Positions 45,300-53,296 of a stretch of 64,000 bases of DNA are shown piece after piece (the first letter of the stretch is position 1; every line of letters begins with the position of its first letter). The stretch comes from a virus, in IMG/VR virus record IMGVR_UViG_3300027804_000049, positions 32,001-96,000 of that record, one strand, 5' to 3'. The notes under the pieces were generated by a model. That model was not told the DNA's origin. It did not search any database and worked only from the letters and a program-made list of their open reading frames with translations. The position numbers and the translations under genes are program-made.

Positions 45300-45623
45300 T
45301 TACTTTATCACGTGAGAGAGATGGTTAAGAGTTTCAGTCACGAGACTTATTGCCTCGAAACTGTTTCCTCCGATATGCCACTCATAAAGCTCACTTAGTC
45401 CAGGTCTTCCGAACTCGTATCGCTTCCAATCGTAGATGGTTGCGATTTCTCCGGAGTCAAATTGGATTATCCACTCTGTGGTGACTTTATCACCCATTGA
45501 GAATAACTGTGGATCTCCGAAAACCTCGGTAAGTTTTTCACGAGTCGTTTGCACGTATCCCTGCAGTGAAGTTCCACTGGCATTGATTTCTGAATCTGCG
45601 AAAAAATTATCTCCGAACTTCAT
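45300..45623 (-). CDS. Conserved phage hypothetical protein
   Basis: GTSLQG...L.EVFG.P...KV..EW...ATIYDWK...WHIGG; start ATG 45623 after AGGAGG. Confidence 0.65.
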   Translation of the reverse strand: MKFGDNFFADSEINASGTSLQGYVQTTREKLTEVFGDPQLFSMGDKVTTEWIIQFDSGEIATIYDWKRYEFGRPGLSELYEWHIGGNSFEAISLVTETLNHLSHVIK

Positions 45624-45633
45624 TTCATCCTCC

Positions 45634-45873
45634 TTAAGCTGAGAAAGCAAGAACGTAACCTTTATCCTGCTTTTCCCAAATTCTTTTGTTAGCGGCAAAG
45701 AGTGCTGCTTGCTCGTTTGAGAAGAGCTCAGTCTTCATTTGGCGATTGCGCTTTTCAGCCATTCCCCAAGATACAGTCATACGATTTTTAATGACTTCGA
45801 TTTCATACATCTTCTTCTTACCAATGAGTCCGCGATTTCCATCGCTCTCTTTTATTAGGCACCAGCGTTTCAT
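45634..45873 (-). CDS. WGR-like small protein
   Basis: YEI...VSWG...F...A......K..KGY pattern. Confidence 0.55.
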   Translation of the reverse strand: MKRWCLIKESDGNRGLIGKKKMYEIEVIKNRMTVSWGMAEKRNRQMKTELFSNEQAALFAANKRIWEKQDKGYVLAFSA

Positions 45874-45985
45874 TTTATGTCCTTTCGTCGTTTGCGGTGG
45901 GTGTTCCGCGTTAGTACTATTATATCAGGTTTAGAGCGAACTCGTAAACTTTTGTAAGATAAAGGCGCCTTTCGGCGCCCATATC

Positions 45986-46165
45986 TTAAGAATTGCGACT
46001 ATTTACAAAGTTAGCAATAACGTCTGTTATCGCATCTTGTAGCGATTCTGTAAGCTCATCAATTTCAGTTTCATTAAGATCAACAGGATTTTCTTCCATA
46101 TAATCAACCATGTCCTGAAGCGCTTCAACTGTTATCGCGTGAACAACTATTTTGCTAGAGTCCAT
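45986..46165 (-). CDS. Small acidic protein (59 aa)
   Basis: Manual translation MDSSKIVVHAITVEALQDMVDYMEENPVDLNETEIDELTESLQDAITDVIANFVNSRNS; own promoter, consensus RBS and a GGCGCC-GAAA-GGCGCC terminator at about 45964-45979. Confidence 0.65.
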   Translation of the reverse strand: MDSSKIVVHAITVEALQDMVDYMEENPVDLNETEIDELTESLQDAITDVIANFVNSRNS

Positions 46166-46224
46166 TTCCGTTCCTTTCGTCGTTGTAGTACTATTATATC
46201 ATAATTCTATTATAAAGTAAACAA

Positions 46225-46490
46225 GAAATAAAGAAGCTGGCTACGCGGATCGGAGTACACGTAGCCAGCTTTAAAATTACTGGACGAGACAGTTTGCTCA
46301 CAAAGGGCCTGATTCGCGCTTCACTTTTTGCGCAATACCACATGTCGATGAAGCTATGCGGTTTTAATCCTAACTTCCCTAAGTTAGTATTGCTCTGTCT
46401 TTTTCCTAGATCCGGCTCGTCACCGTCAGCTTATCGGGAGTAGTTTCCCCATGGGATACCCTTATGCTCTAAGACCTAGTTAGTCCATTG
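46225..46490 (-). ncRNA. Unrecognised highly structured ncRNA (about 260 nt including terminator)
   Basis: Promoter motif at 46492; no ORF; nested stems TGGAC/GTCCA, CTAGGTC/GATCTAG, AGACAG/CTGTCT, GCAATAC/GTATTGC, CTAACTT/AAGTTAG, CCGCAT/ATGTGG; terminator 46234-46271. Confidence 0.7.
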
Positions 46491-46549
46491 GTACTATTAT
46501 ATCATGCCCGTCAGGCTTTTAACATCATTTTCCTACAGGCTGGGTTAAA

Positions 46550-46747
46550 TTATTGTTTTGGAGTCTCTTCCCAGTCCGTCAGGTAGCGAGCCTCAAAGTC
46601 AGAGGCTGGCCTTTTGAGTCCAAGCTCCGCCATCTTTAGATAGCGGTCAACGTCTGCTCGCTTGCGGGCTCTGAACTTTGAGATTCTTTCGCCCGTCTTG
46701 ACATCTATAATTTCCCACACGCCTGCTGCAACATTGCGATTACGCAT
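46550..46747 (-). CDS. Hypothetical protein
   Basis: Probable start ATG 46747, overlapping the upstream stop region. Confidence 0.5.
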   Translation of the reverse strand: MRNRNVAAGVWEIIDVKTGERISKFRARKRADVDRYLKMAELGLKRPASDFEARYLTDWEETPKQ

Positions 46748-47090
46748 ACACTTGCCGTCTAACTTTTTCGGCAAACTCCTGGAGCTGCACAACCCAAGCG
46801 TGAGAAAGCTCGATGGTCTCGCCTTCTTCGTCCGTGCCGCCTGTAAATACACAATCGCCTACAATGATATCGGTTTGACCAAATGAGCGTTCCCACATGT
46901 GCGTGCTGATGATATTCACCGGTAAGCCCATGAGCTTGCCTTCGTCATTACACCAAAGTGTAAGATCTGGCTTCAAGCTTACCGCTTGAATTAGTCCACC
47001 TACCGTGCCTGAAAGCTGATTGTACTCGTCGGTGGAAAGATCAAGTACCTCAGTTGTTAAGTCTGTATTTACCCGTAGCCCTGTTTTCAT
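46740..47090 (-). CDS. DUF3846-like protein
   Basis: L...VGGLIQAV...LWCNDEGKL.GLPVN...D.IVGD.V.TG. Confidence 0.7.
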   Translation of the reverse strand: MKTGLRVNTDLTTEVLDLSTDEYNQLSGTVGGLIQAVSLKPDLTLWCNDEGKLMGLPVNIISTHMWERSFGQTDIIVGDCVFTGGTDEEGETIELSHAWVVQLQEFAEKVRRQVYA

Positions 47091-47269
47091 TTAGCTAACT
47101 CCACTTCTGGAAACCACTTCAATAAAGTTTGAAGTAGGTGGTCGTAGTCGCCTGCAGTCATTTCCGCAGTGAACGCGGAAACCTCGTCGCGTCGTCCTTG
47201 CTTTTCTAGTTCACGGCGTCCTGCGCCAATTATAGCGAAGGCGTTGCCATCTGTAATGCTAATTGCCAT
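47087..47269 (-). CDS. Small conserved phage protein
   Basis: DGNAFAIIG...L...G......F..E...GDYDHLL; start ATG 47269 after consensus RBS. Confidence 0.65.
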   Translation of the reverse strand: MAISITDGNAFAIIGAGRRELEKQGRRDEVSAFTAEMTAGDYDHLLQTLLKWFPEVELAK

Positions 47270-47289
47270 TGGGTGTCCTTTCGTAGATT

Positions 47290-47427
47290 CTAACCCTTGT
47301 GCCAACAGGTGCAGCCGCAAGGAAAAGAGGAGCCATTATTTCTTGGGCAGTAGTCGTGTTCGTCCTCTGTGCAAGAACCGCACTTAGGATGCACTACTGT
47401 CTTGCCTTCAAGTTTAGTTATTTTCAT
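47290..47427 (-). CDS. Leaderless Cys/His-rich microprotein (45 aa)
   Basis: ATG 7 nt after TATAAT; CGSC...H..C...CGCTC. Confidence 0.55.
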   Translation of the reverse strand: MKITKLEGKTVVHPKCGSCTEDEHDYCPRNNGSSFPCGCTCWHKG

Positions 47428-47440
47428 AGGTACTATTATA

Positions 47441-47692
47441 TCAGGAAGAGCTTGGATATTGCAGACCTCGTGAAGCAAGTCTTTCGCCAGCTTCGTTTAG
47501 TGACGTGATAATTTCAAACACGTCCATTCCGGTGTCCCAACTATCAAACATAGAGACTGCTACGTCCCAGTGTTCGTTTGTGTATTCCTCGCCGGTGTTG
47601 CTTTCAACGTCTTCTTTTGTGAACCATTGAATCATAATCTCTGAGTTTGGGTCCTCCTGTTGGAGAGCCGCAAGTACTGTTGATACTTTCAT
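47441..47692 (-). CDS. Small acidic hypothetical protein
   Basis: Own promoter and RBS; stop TGA is the TGA of the next promoter. Confidence 0.6.
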   Translation of the reverse strand: MKVSTVLAALQQEDPNSEIMIQWFTKEDVESNTGEEYTNEHWDVAVSMFDSWDTGMDVFEIITSLNEAGERLASRGLQYPSSS

Positions 47693-47742
47693 TGGGTGTC
47701 CTTTCGTTGTCGTTAATAGTCGTTAATACTATTATATCAGGA

Positions 47743-47925
47743 TTATCCTACTTGGAGTAGCTCATTGCACAATCCGCACCAATACGAGTCTCCGAGTGTG
47801 CTTGACTCGTCATACTCATGAAGTATTTCTTCAGTAGGGTGTTTGCAATTTTCAGTAGAGATATGAAGGCAGATACGCTCGCCTCTTATGGCGCATGTCG
47901 AACAGACTATAAGCATAGTTTCCAC
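47743..47925 (-). CDS. Small Zn-finger protein
   Basis: CSTC...C.H...CGLC; promoter at 47940. Confidence 0.55.
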   Translation of the reverse strand: METMLIVCSTCAIRGERICLHISTENCKHPTEEILHEYDESSTLGDSYWCGLCNELLQVG

Positions 47926-47949
47926 CCTTCCGTCGTTGGTACTATTATA

Positions 47950-48150
47950 TCAGGAATCGAGTACACTCGCAAGATCTTCGTAAAGATCTTCAATGACAGT
48001 TCCATGCTCCATGATGACCTTTTCAAACTTGTCATCCATATCGGAAACCTCATCAGGGAGAATCTTGTTTGATGGCATCACATAGATGACATCTCCTGGA
48101 GAAAGAATCCACCAGTCACCGTTCTCGTTGGCTACATATAAACTATTCAT
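47950..48150 (-). CDS. Small acidic hypothetical protein
   Basis: AGGAG RBS; stop lies inside a promoter motif. Confidence 0.55.
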   Translation of the reverse strand: MNSLYVANENGDWWILSPGDVIYVMPSNKILPDEVSDMDDKFEKVIMEHGTVIEDLYEDLASVLDS

Positions 48151-48316
48151 TGTCGTCTCCTAGTGGATACAGATAGTTGCCAAGGTCAATACCGCAACCA
48201 GTTTTGATGATAATCTCACCGGAGTCGTCTATGACTACAGTCGAGCCGTTGAGTCTTTCATCGACCCATTTCTTGAGATGCTCTAGGGTTTGGATGTCTT
48301 CTACCTTGAGTTCCAT
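48143..48316 (-). CDS. Small hypothetical protein (57 aa)
   Basis: Manual translation MELKVEDIQTLEHLKKWVDERL...; promoter 48337 and consensus RBS. Confidence 0.6.
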   Translation of the reverse strand: MELKVEDIQTLEHLKKWVDERLNGSTVVIDDSGEIIIKTGCGIDLGNYLYPLGDDNE

Positions 48317-48346
48317 GTTTGTCCTTTCGTCGTTGGTACTATTATA

Positions 48347-49252
48347 TCAGGAATTGGAGACTAGATACAGCTTGTCCACGACCTCTTTGAGCGAGATATA
48401 CGCCTTCCCAAGGGTTTGGGTCAGGCTGGACACGGTCCCGCCTTGTGAGAGGGACTGAGTGGCCTTCGTTGCCACCGCCACAGCTGAGTTGCTGGTGCCA
48501 AGTGTTATGAGCTTGCGCCCCGTCAAATCCTGGGTCGTCCAGCGCCCGTGAGCATACAGGTCAAGGTCTTGCCCGCCGTTGCTTGATGGCATCACCGGAG
48601 TGACCCAACCGGCCACGCCGCGCATGCTATAACGAACGTCCGTCGCACCTACTGATATAACCTCAGGGGTACAGGCTGGGTAATCGACCTTTACCTTGTT
48701 CCCGCCGTTGCCTGCGGAGGCAACTACCGCGACGCCTGTGCCCGTCAACTTCTTAACTGTTGCCTGGAAGCTAGCCTCGATGGGGCATCCCACATCTGAG
48801 TAAGACCGTCCAACGGAAAGTGATACCGCACCGACGTTGAGTCGGGCCGCATTCGCATCTACCCAGTCCATTGCCTGTTGAACTGATCTCATCGTGTAGC
48901 TATTGGCAAAGCCTTTGGCGGACATGCCGACGATACGTATGAACACAATGCGAACCGTAGGATCAACCTGAACGGCAACCGAATACATCTGAGAACCGTG
49001 ATGCATAGCTCTATCCTTCACGTCCTGGTATCTAACGTGAGCTGCACCTGGCCCGTTCATAAACTTTTGTCCATTAGGGCATGTGCCATACTCGATGATA
49101 CACACTTCCTCAACGAGAGTTGACTTGACCCAGTCAAGCTCGGTGTTAATTCCAGAGTCGATAATCACCAACGTCTTTTGTGCGTTGGCGCTCGCTGGTG
49201 AAATTACAAGTGCGGCAAGCGATACTACAAGTAGTGCTACTATCTTTTTCAT
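48347..49252 (-). CDS. Secreted subtilisin-like (S8) serine protease
   Basis: Signal peptide ending ANA; triad IIDSG / HGSQM / GTS; SAGN oxyanion motif. Confidence 0.85.
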   Translation of the reverse strand: MKKIVALLVVSLAALVISPASANAQKTLVIIDSGINTELDWVKSTLVEEVCIIEYGTCPNGQKFMNGPGAAHVRYQDVKDRAMHHGSQMYSVAVQVDPTVRIVFIRIVGMSAKGFANSYTMRSVQQAMDWVDANAARLNVGAVSLSVGRSYSDVGCPIEASFQATVKKLTGTGVAVVASAGNGGNKVKVDYPACTPEVISVGATDVRYSMRGVAGWVTPVMPSSNGGQDLDLYAHGRWTTQDLTGRKLITLGTSNSAVAVATKATQSLSQGGTVSSLTQTLGKAYISLKEVVDKLYLVSNS

Positions 49253-49278
49253 GATGTCCTTTCGTAGTTAGGTTTAGC

Positions 49279-49320
49279 TCCGGAGTAGACGCCTTTGACG
49301 GAAGGACTGTCTACTCCGGA
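49279..49320 (-). promoter_or_regulatory. Intercistronic hairpin with a loop complementary to the VWA gene RBS
   Basis: 12-bp stem TCCGGAGTAGAC/GTCTACTCCGGA; loop 49296-49307 is the exact reverse complement of 51134-51145. Confidence 0.65.
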
Positions 49321-49325
49321 AGTTG

Positions 49326-51128
49326 TTAGGCAGCGTTCTTGCTGCCAATCTTTGTAAGTGCGTTTGCCGCAGCAGTACCAATTCTGATTGCCGCGTCTGC
49401 AGGATCCATAACGTCGGAAAGTAGAACTGCGTTTGTGCCTCGTGTAAGGTCCATTGCGTCATGCAGATATGGACTCTTACAAAATGGTAACCACAGAACT
49501 GCAACACCTTTGTCATCGCATTCCTTAAGCCAATGCTTAGCGTGTTCAGTCTCAACGGAAGTGTAGCGCGCGTCACTTACTACTACGAGCAAGCGTGCAC
49601 CATTTCCATAGAGTAAGTTTAAAGAACCATCAAGTGCCTTAAACGCCTTATCGAACTTCTCAGTTGAATCAGGCGCAGTGTACACATTGATTTGATCAAG
49701 ATGTTGTCCTGGCTTTAGAGTAGGAAATACATCCTGCCCAAAGTAAACCATTGCCGCACGAGCTTGAACTCGACGTGCTGCCTCTGACATTGCCCAGGCA
49801 GTGACTGCCATAGGGTTCATAGCACTGCCCATTGAACCTGAGATATCAACCATGACGCCAACAGTAAGTGTTGGGTCATCAGTGTGCTTGCGCACAGTGC
49901 GACGCCATGGATTGGCTGCCTGCATTGAACCTTGAGCTTTATACGCAGCATTTTGTACAATGGCACGAGTGCGTAAACGTCCAGGTGGAAGTATGGACTG
50001 AATCTCGTGTTCATCACGCTCACGATACTTTGCCTTCTCAAGCATCTGTGCAATCTTGACTGCGGCAGCTCTTTCCTTTGCCTCAGGTTTACGAATCTTC
50101 TCAAGACGAGAGTTGCTGCCATTAGTGTTGCCTGCCTCAGAAGTATCCTTGAATATCTCATCTGCGACCTTCTTGTGCTCACGATCTTGGCGGGCAGCCT
50201 TTGTGCGAACTTCAACTTCTTCTTTCCACTCTTCAGACTGCTGTTGATCCTGAGCGTCATCTGCTACAGCAATGGCAATCGTGTCAATTGCATCTTCGAT
50301 TTCCTTGATGATCTCTGAAAGTACTGCGATAATCATTTTTACATCTGCTTTTGAAGGAGCGTCAAGTTCCTCGCCGCGTTCCTTTGCAAGGTCACGTAGA
50401 ATCTGATCCCACTCACGAGCAAGATCATATAAAGGTAGAGGGTTAAGCGCATTTTCAATACCTTGAAAGCGACGCCATACACTTTGCAACTTTTCAAATG
50501 TATCCGCACCTAGAAAGTCAATGACAACTGTGTTGATGCCAACGACATCATCTGCGTCAAGTGAACCTGCGTCAACGCGGGCGCTGATAAGAGCAGAGAT
50601 AAGGGCAATAGATCTAATAGTGTCTGCCTTCTCGATATTTTCACTTATGTCGTGAAGTACAAGATCAAGCACCATAGAGCGAATGAAAATTCTATTCATT
50701 GGAAAGTTAGTGACGCCAAGGCGCTCAATGCGAGATTCCTCGAGAGACATGAAGGCATTAAACTCATGAGGAGTTAATTCCTTACTCGCCATTGACAAGT
50801 CCATCTTTGAGTAGCGAGCGTGCAGTGCCTCATGAAAGATAGCACCTGCTGCCTTTGGCCAATCAAAGAGTGAATCGCGATCTGAAAGATCACCTATCAT
50901 TGAAGGGATAACACCCTTACCAAATGCTAAGTCAACATTAACCTCGACTTCAGCTAAAGCTGGATTGTAGCATGCAGGGGCTGGACCTCCAGCGCCTGGG
51001 CCTACGTATGCCACAACGTCAGAGCGTCCTGCCCATGTGTTTACCAAGGAGCCAATCTGAGCTCCAAGGGGTAGCCACTCTGGTGGCGTTTGTTTCGCGC
51101 GGGTCGCGGATACCTTTATGTGTCCCAT
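49326..51128 (-). CDS. CobT-like VWA-domain protein with an N-terminal HExxH motif
   Basis: FHEALHA, LEESRIE, MIDAS VDISGSM, VVVSDA; adjacent to the AAA gene. Confidence 0.8.
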   Translation of the reverse strand: MGHIKVSATRAKQTPPEWLPLGAQIGSLVNTWAGRSDVVAYVGPGAGGPAPACYNPALAEVEVNVDLAFGKGVIPSMIGDLSDRDSLFDWPKAAGAIFHEALHARYSKMDLSMASKELTPHEFNAFMSLEESRIERLGVTNFPMNRIFIRSMVLDLVLHDISENIEKADTIRSIALISALISARVDAGSLDADDVVGINTVVIDFLGADTFEKLQSVWRRFQGIENALNPLPLYDLAREWDQILRDLAKERGEELDAPSKADVKMIIAVLSEIIKEIEDAIDTIAIAVADDAQDQQQSEEWKEEVEVRTKAARQDREHKKVADEIFKDTSEAGNTNGSNSRLEKIRKPEAKERAAAVKIAQMLEKAKYRERDEHEIQSILPPGRLRTRAIVQNAAYKAQGSMQAANPWRRTVRKHTDDPTLTVGVMVDISGSMGSAMNPMAVTAWAMSEAARRVQARAAMVYFGQDVFPTLKPGQHLDQINVYTAPDSTEKFDKAFKALDGSLNLLYGNGARLLVVVSDARYTSVETEHAKHWLKECDDKGVAVLWLPFCKSPYLHDAMDLTRGTNAVLLSDVMDPADAAIRIGTAAANALTKIGSKNAA

Positions 51129-51173
51129 AGTTTGTCCTTCCGTCAGTAGGTACTATTATATCAGGAAATGGAG

Positions 51174-51203
51174 GAGGTCCCTGACACCCATGACAGGGAC
51201 CTC
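51174..51203 (-). terminator. Hairpin ending the 52701-AAA operon; loop UCAUGGGUGU
   Basis: GAGGTCCCTG/CAGGGACCTC 10-bp stem between the AAA stop and the next promoter. Confidence 0.6.
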
Positions 51204-51222
51204 ACTCTTCACGCCAAGGGGA

Positions 51223-52218
51223 TTAGATCTTGGCTGGTCGGCACTCTTCACCGAACACCCTGGTGAACACATCCGCAACGACGGGGCGGTCGAGTTCAGG
51301 TGCTGCAGCGATGATGTTCGCAATAGCGAACTTAGTGCCGAAGGTTTTTGAGATATCGCGGAACGCGAGTAGCTCACGCATTTGTGGTGCCCAACCACAT
51401 TCACCAGATTGTTGGCGACGTGATAGGTTTTGAGCAACTACAACTATCTGTTGTGGCGCTCCAAGCTTTTTAGCAAGCATGAAGTCAGTTGACATCTCAA
51501 CTTGAAGTACGAAGCGAGATAGTAAAGCTTCTGAAAGTCTTACTCCAGGAGCATTTGGATTTGTAGCAGCGATGACATAGAAGCCTTCCTTGGCTTTGAT
51601 GGTACCGCGCTCTGGATTGGCAGTGATAGTTAACTCATTAGTTCCATCCATAAGTGAATAGACACCGGAGAGAACCTTTGGATCAATGAGACCAATCTCA
51701 TCAATGAACAGTGGGCGACCTTCCTCGGCAGCTTTGACAAGTGGACCATCGACCCACTCGAATCCACCTGAAGGAGTTTGGACGTATCCACCAATGAAGT
51801 CTGCAAGTTCAGCATCACCTGTACCAAGTACAGAGATTACATTTGAAAACGCTGCTTGCACAAGTGCAGTCTTACCACAACCTGGAGCACCATAAAGCAA
51901 GACGAATTGCATCTCTTGATGCGCCTTACGTAGAACTTGCACGTCATCGTGCTCACCCCACTTGCGGGCATGATACTTCTCGCCATTAGGGCGAATGTAT
52001 GTCTCGTCACCGACGAGTGCATCTGCTGACACTACAGGGACCACTTTCTTGGCTGCCGCACGAACGATAACCTTACCCTGAGGTGCAACCATTGATTTAA
52101 GTTCAGAGGACAGATCCTCATGGAGATTCTGACCTGCTGCCTTTAAGAATAAATCGCTAAGTTTAGGTGACGCGCCTGGCGCCATCGAATCTAGCTTATC
52201 TAATACTATTGTTGACAT
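51223..52218 (-). CDS. MoxR/CobS/CbbQ-type AAA+ ATPase
   Basis: GAPGCGKT, WVDGPL, LFIDEI, AATNP, LSEALLSRF. Confidence 0.9.
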   Translation of the reverse strand: MSTIVLDKLDSMAPGASPKLSDLFLKAAGQNLHEDLSSELKSMVAPQGKVIVRAAAKKVVPVVSADALVGDETYIRPNGEKYHARKWGEHDDVQVLRKAHQEMQFVLLYGAPGCGKTALVQAAFSNVISVLGTGDAELADFIGGYVQTPSGGFEWVDGPLVKAAEEGRPLFIDEIGLIDPKVLSGVYSLMDGTNELTITANPERGTIKAKEGFYVIAATNPNAPGVRLSEALLSRFVLQVEMSTDFMLAKKLGAPQQIVVVAQNLSRRQQSGECGWAPQMRELLAFRDISKTFGTKFAIANIIAAAPELDRPVVADVFTRVFGEECRPAKI

Positions 52219-52245
52219 GTGGGTGTTTTCCTTTCGTCGTTGTTG

Positions 52246-52701
52246 TTAAGCGAATAACTTATCGCCGAAGCCTAAGGCTTTGCGAACACGGGTGATGCGA
52301 CCTAGAACCTTGTAAGGGGTTCTTGAGTTGCGGATGTCTTCAAGATCTGCCAGTGATACCTCAACCACAAGTGGCTGCTTGAACAGCTTATAACTGTGAC
52401 TATCAAGACGTGAGACTATAGTCTCAAGAAATGCTAGGCGAGATTCTGTAACTGATTTAGTATCCTCAAGAGAATACTTTTTGAAGTTTCCAAATTCATC
52501 CTTTGCAAGAACTGGAAGCGCATATGTCTTCCACCCCCTACGCGGGTGAAGGCTGGAAATTTGGCGGCGATACATCGTAGCGGGTACGTTGCGACCATCG
52601 CTGGTAAGCCCATCTGGAGTTAGAAGCATTTGGTACGTTTGAACACCAAGGCGAAACTCCATGTATAAGGCACTACCTATAACCTTGTCTTTATCCAACA
52701 T
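52246..52701 (-). CDS. Hypothetical protein
   Basis: Promoter 52727 and consensus RBS; first gene of the AAA operon. Confidence 0.65.
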   Translation of the reverse strand: MLDKDKVIGSALYMEFRLGVQTYQMLLTPDGLTSDGRNVPATMYRRQISSLHPRRGWKTYALPVLAKDEFGNFKKYSLEDTKSVTESRLAFLETIVSRLDSHSYKLFKQPLVVEVSLADLEDIRNSRTPYKVLGRITRVRKALGFGDKLFA

Positions 52702-52749
52702 GGGTGTATCCTTTCGTCGTTTGAAGTACTATTATATCAGGTAAATCTT

Positions 52750-52835
52750 TAGAGATACGCAGGGGACCGGAATTGTTTCCGACCCTCTAGAGTCTTAAGT
52801 CGTTCAGGTGACCACCGGGTCGACCCTGCGTATAG
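52750..52835 (-). ncRNA. Putative ~80-nt stem-loop RNA between two promoter motifs
   Basis: Promoter 52836; ATACGCAGGG/CCCTGCGTAT closing stem with inner stems; no RBS or ORF. Confidence 0.45.
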
Positions 52836-52945
52836 TACTATTATATCAGGCTAGAGTGCGCTCGTTTACCATACTACCTGATATAATAGTATTACGGGAA
52901 ACCAACCGGCCAACCGAAGACACAGAGACGAAGGGTAGGGACCAA

Positions 52946-53278
52946 ATGTCCAGCACCGCAATTCGTACCACAGTGACCGAGGTCACTGTTACAAAGACAG
53001 TGCGCCACCTTAATAAGAGCGTGGATGCAACTGTCAAGGCGTTTGCCAAAACCAAAGAGGACTTGAAAGTTCTCGAGGCACAGAAGAAAGCTCTTGAAGA
53101 GCAGATTCGCAATTTGATGGACGGCGCTTCAGTCGGATACATTGATGGAGTAAAGCGTGTTGAGATTCTTGACCGCAAGCTCACCAAGGTCGACCGCAAG
53201 AAGCTTCAGGAAGCTTATCCAGAAGCATACGAGGCGACTCTTAAAACAACTGAATATACAATTGTTGACGCTGAATAA
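52946..53278 (+). CDS. Coiled-coil phage protein (YqaJ C-terminal/Gp157-like pattern)
   Basis: Inverted promoter 52877; start ATG 52946; LEAQKKALEEQIRNLM...VDRKKLQEAYPEAY. Confidence 0.55.
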   Translation: MSSTAIRTTVTEVTVTKTVRHLNKSVDATVKAFAKTKEDLKVLEAQKKALEEQIRNLMDGASVGYIDGVKRVEILDRKLTKVDRKKLQEAYPEAYEATLKTTEYTIVDAE

Positions 53279-53296
53279 TCTCAGCTAAAACTAAGA

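Larger units (their letters stand above)
44414..52720 (-). promoter_or_regulatory. Conserved extended RBS / start-associated sequence (ACG)ACGAAAGGA
   Basis: TCCTTTCGT(CGT) on + at about 44414, 44979, 45880, 46172, 47277, 47699, 48322, 49257, 52229 and 52709, each a few nt before a start codon. Confidence 0.8.
39561..52891. promoter_or_regulatory. Dispersed family of phage early promoters CCTGATATAATAGTA
   Basis: Exact TACTATTATATCAGG (minus-strand promoters) at 39561, 39703, 45068, 45915, 47431, 47727, 47940, 48337, 51151, 52727 and 52836; inverted copy at 52877; variants at about 39857, 41348, 42450, 42922, 44062, 46189 and 46492. Several have TTTAC(T/G) 17-18 bp upstream of TATAAT. Confidence 0.85.

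Noticed and set aside
52755-52833. Hammerhead ribozyme (GTC...CTGAACGA...GAAAC on the minus strand)
   Set aside because: The core has an extra base relative to CUGANGA and stem III does not extend beyond 2 bp; kept only as a generic structured RNA.
39561-52891. CRISPR-like array formed by the 15-bp repeats
   Set aside because: Spacing is irregular (about 100 bp to 3 kb), intervals contain genes, the repeat contains a TATAAT box, and no cas genes are present.
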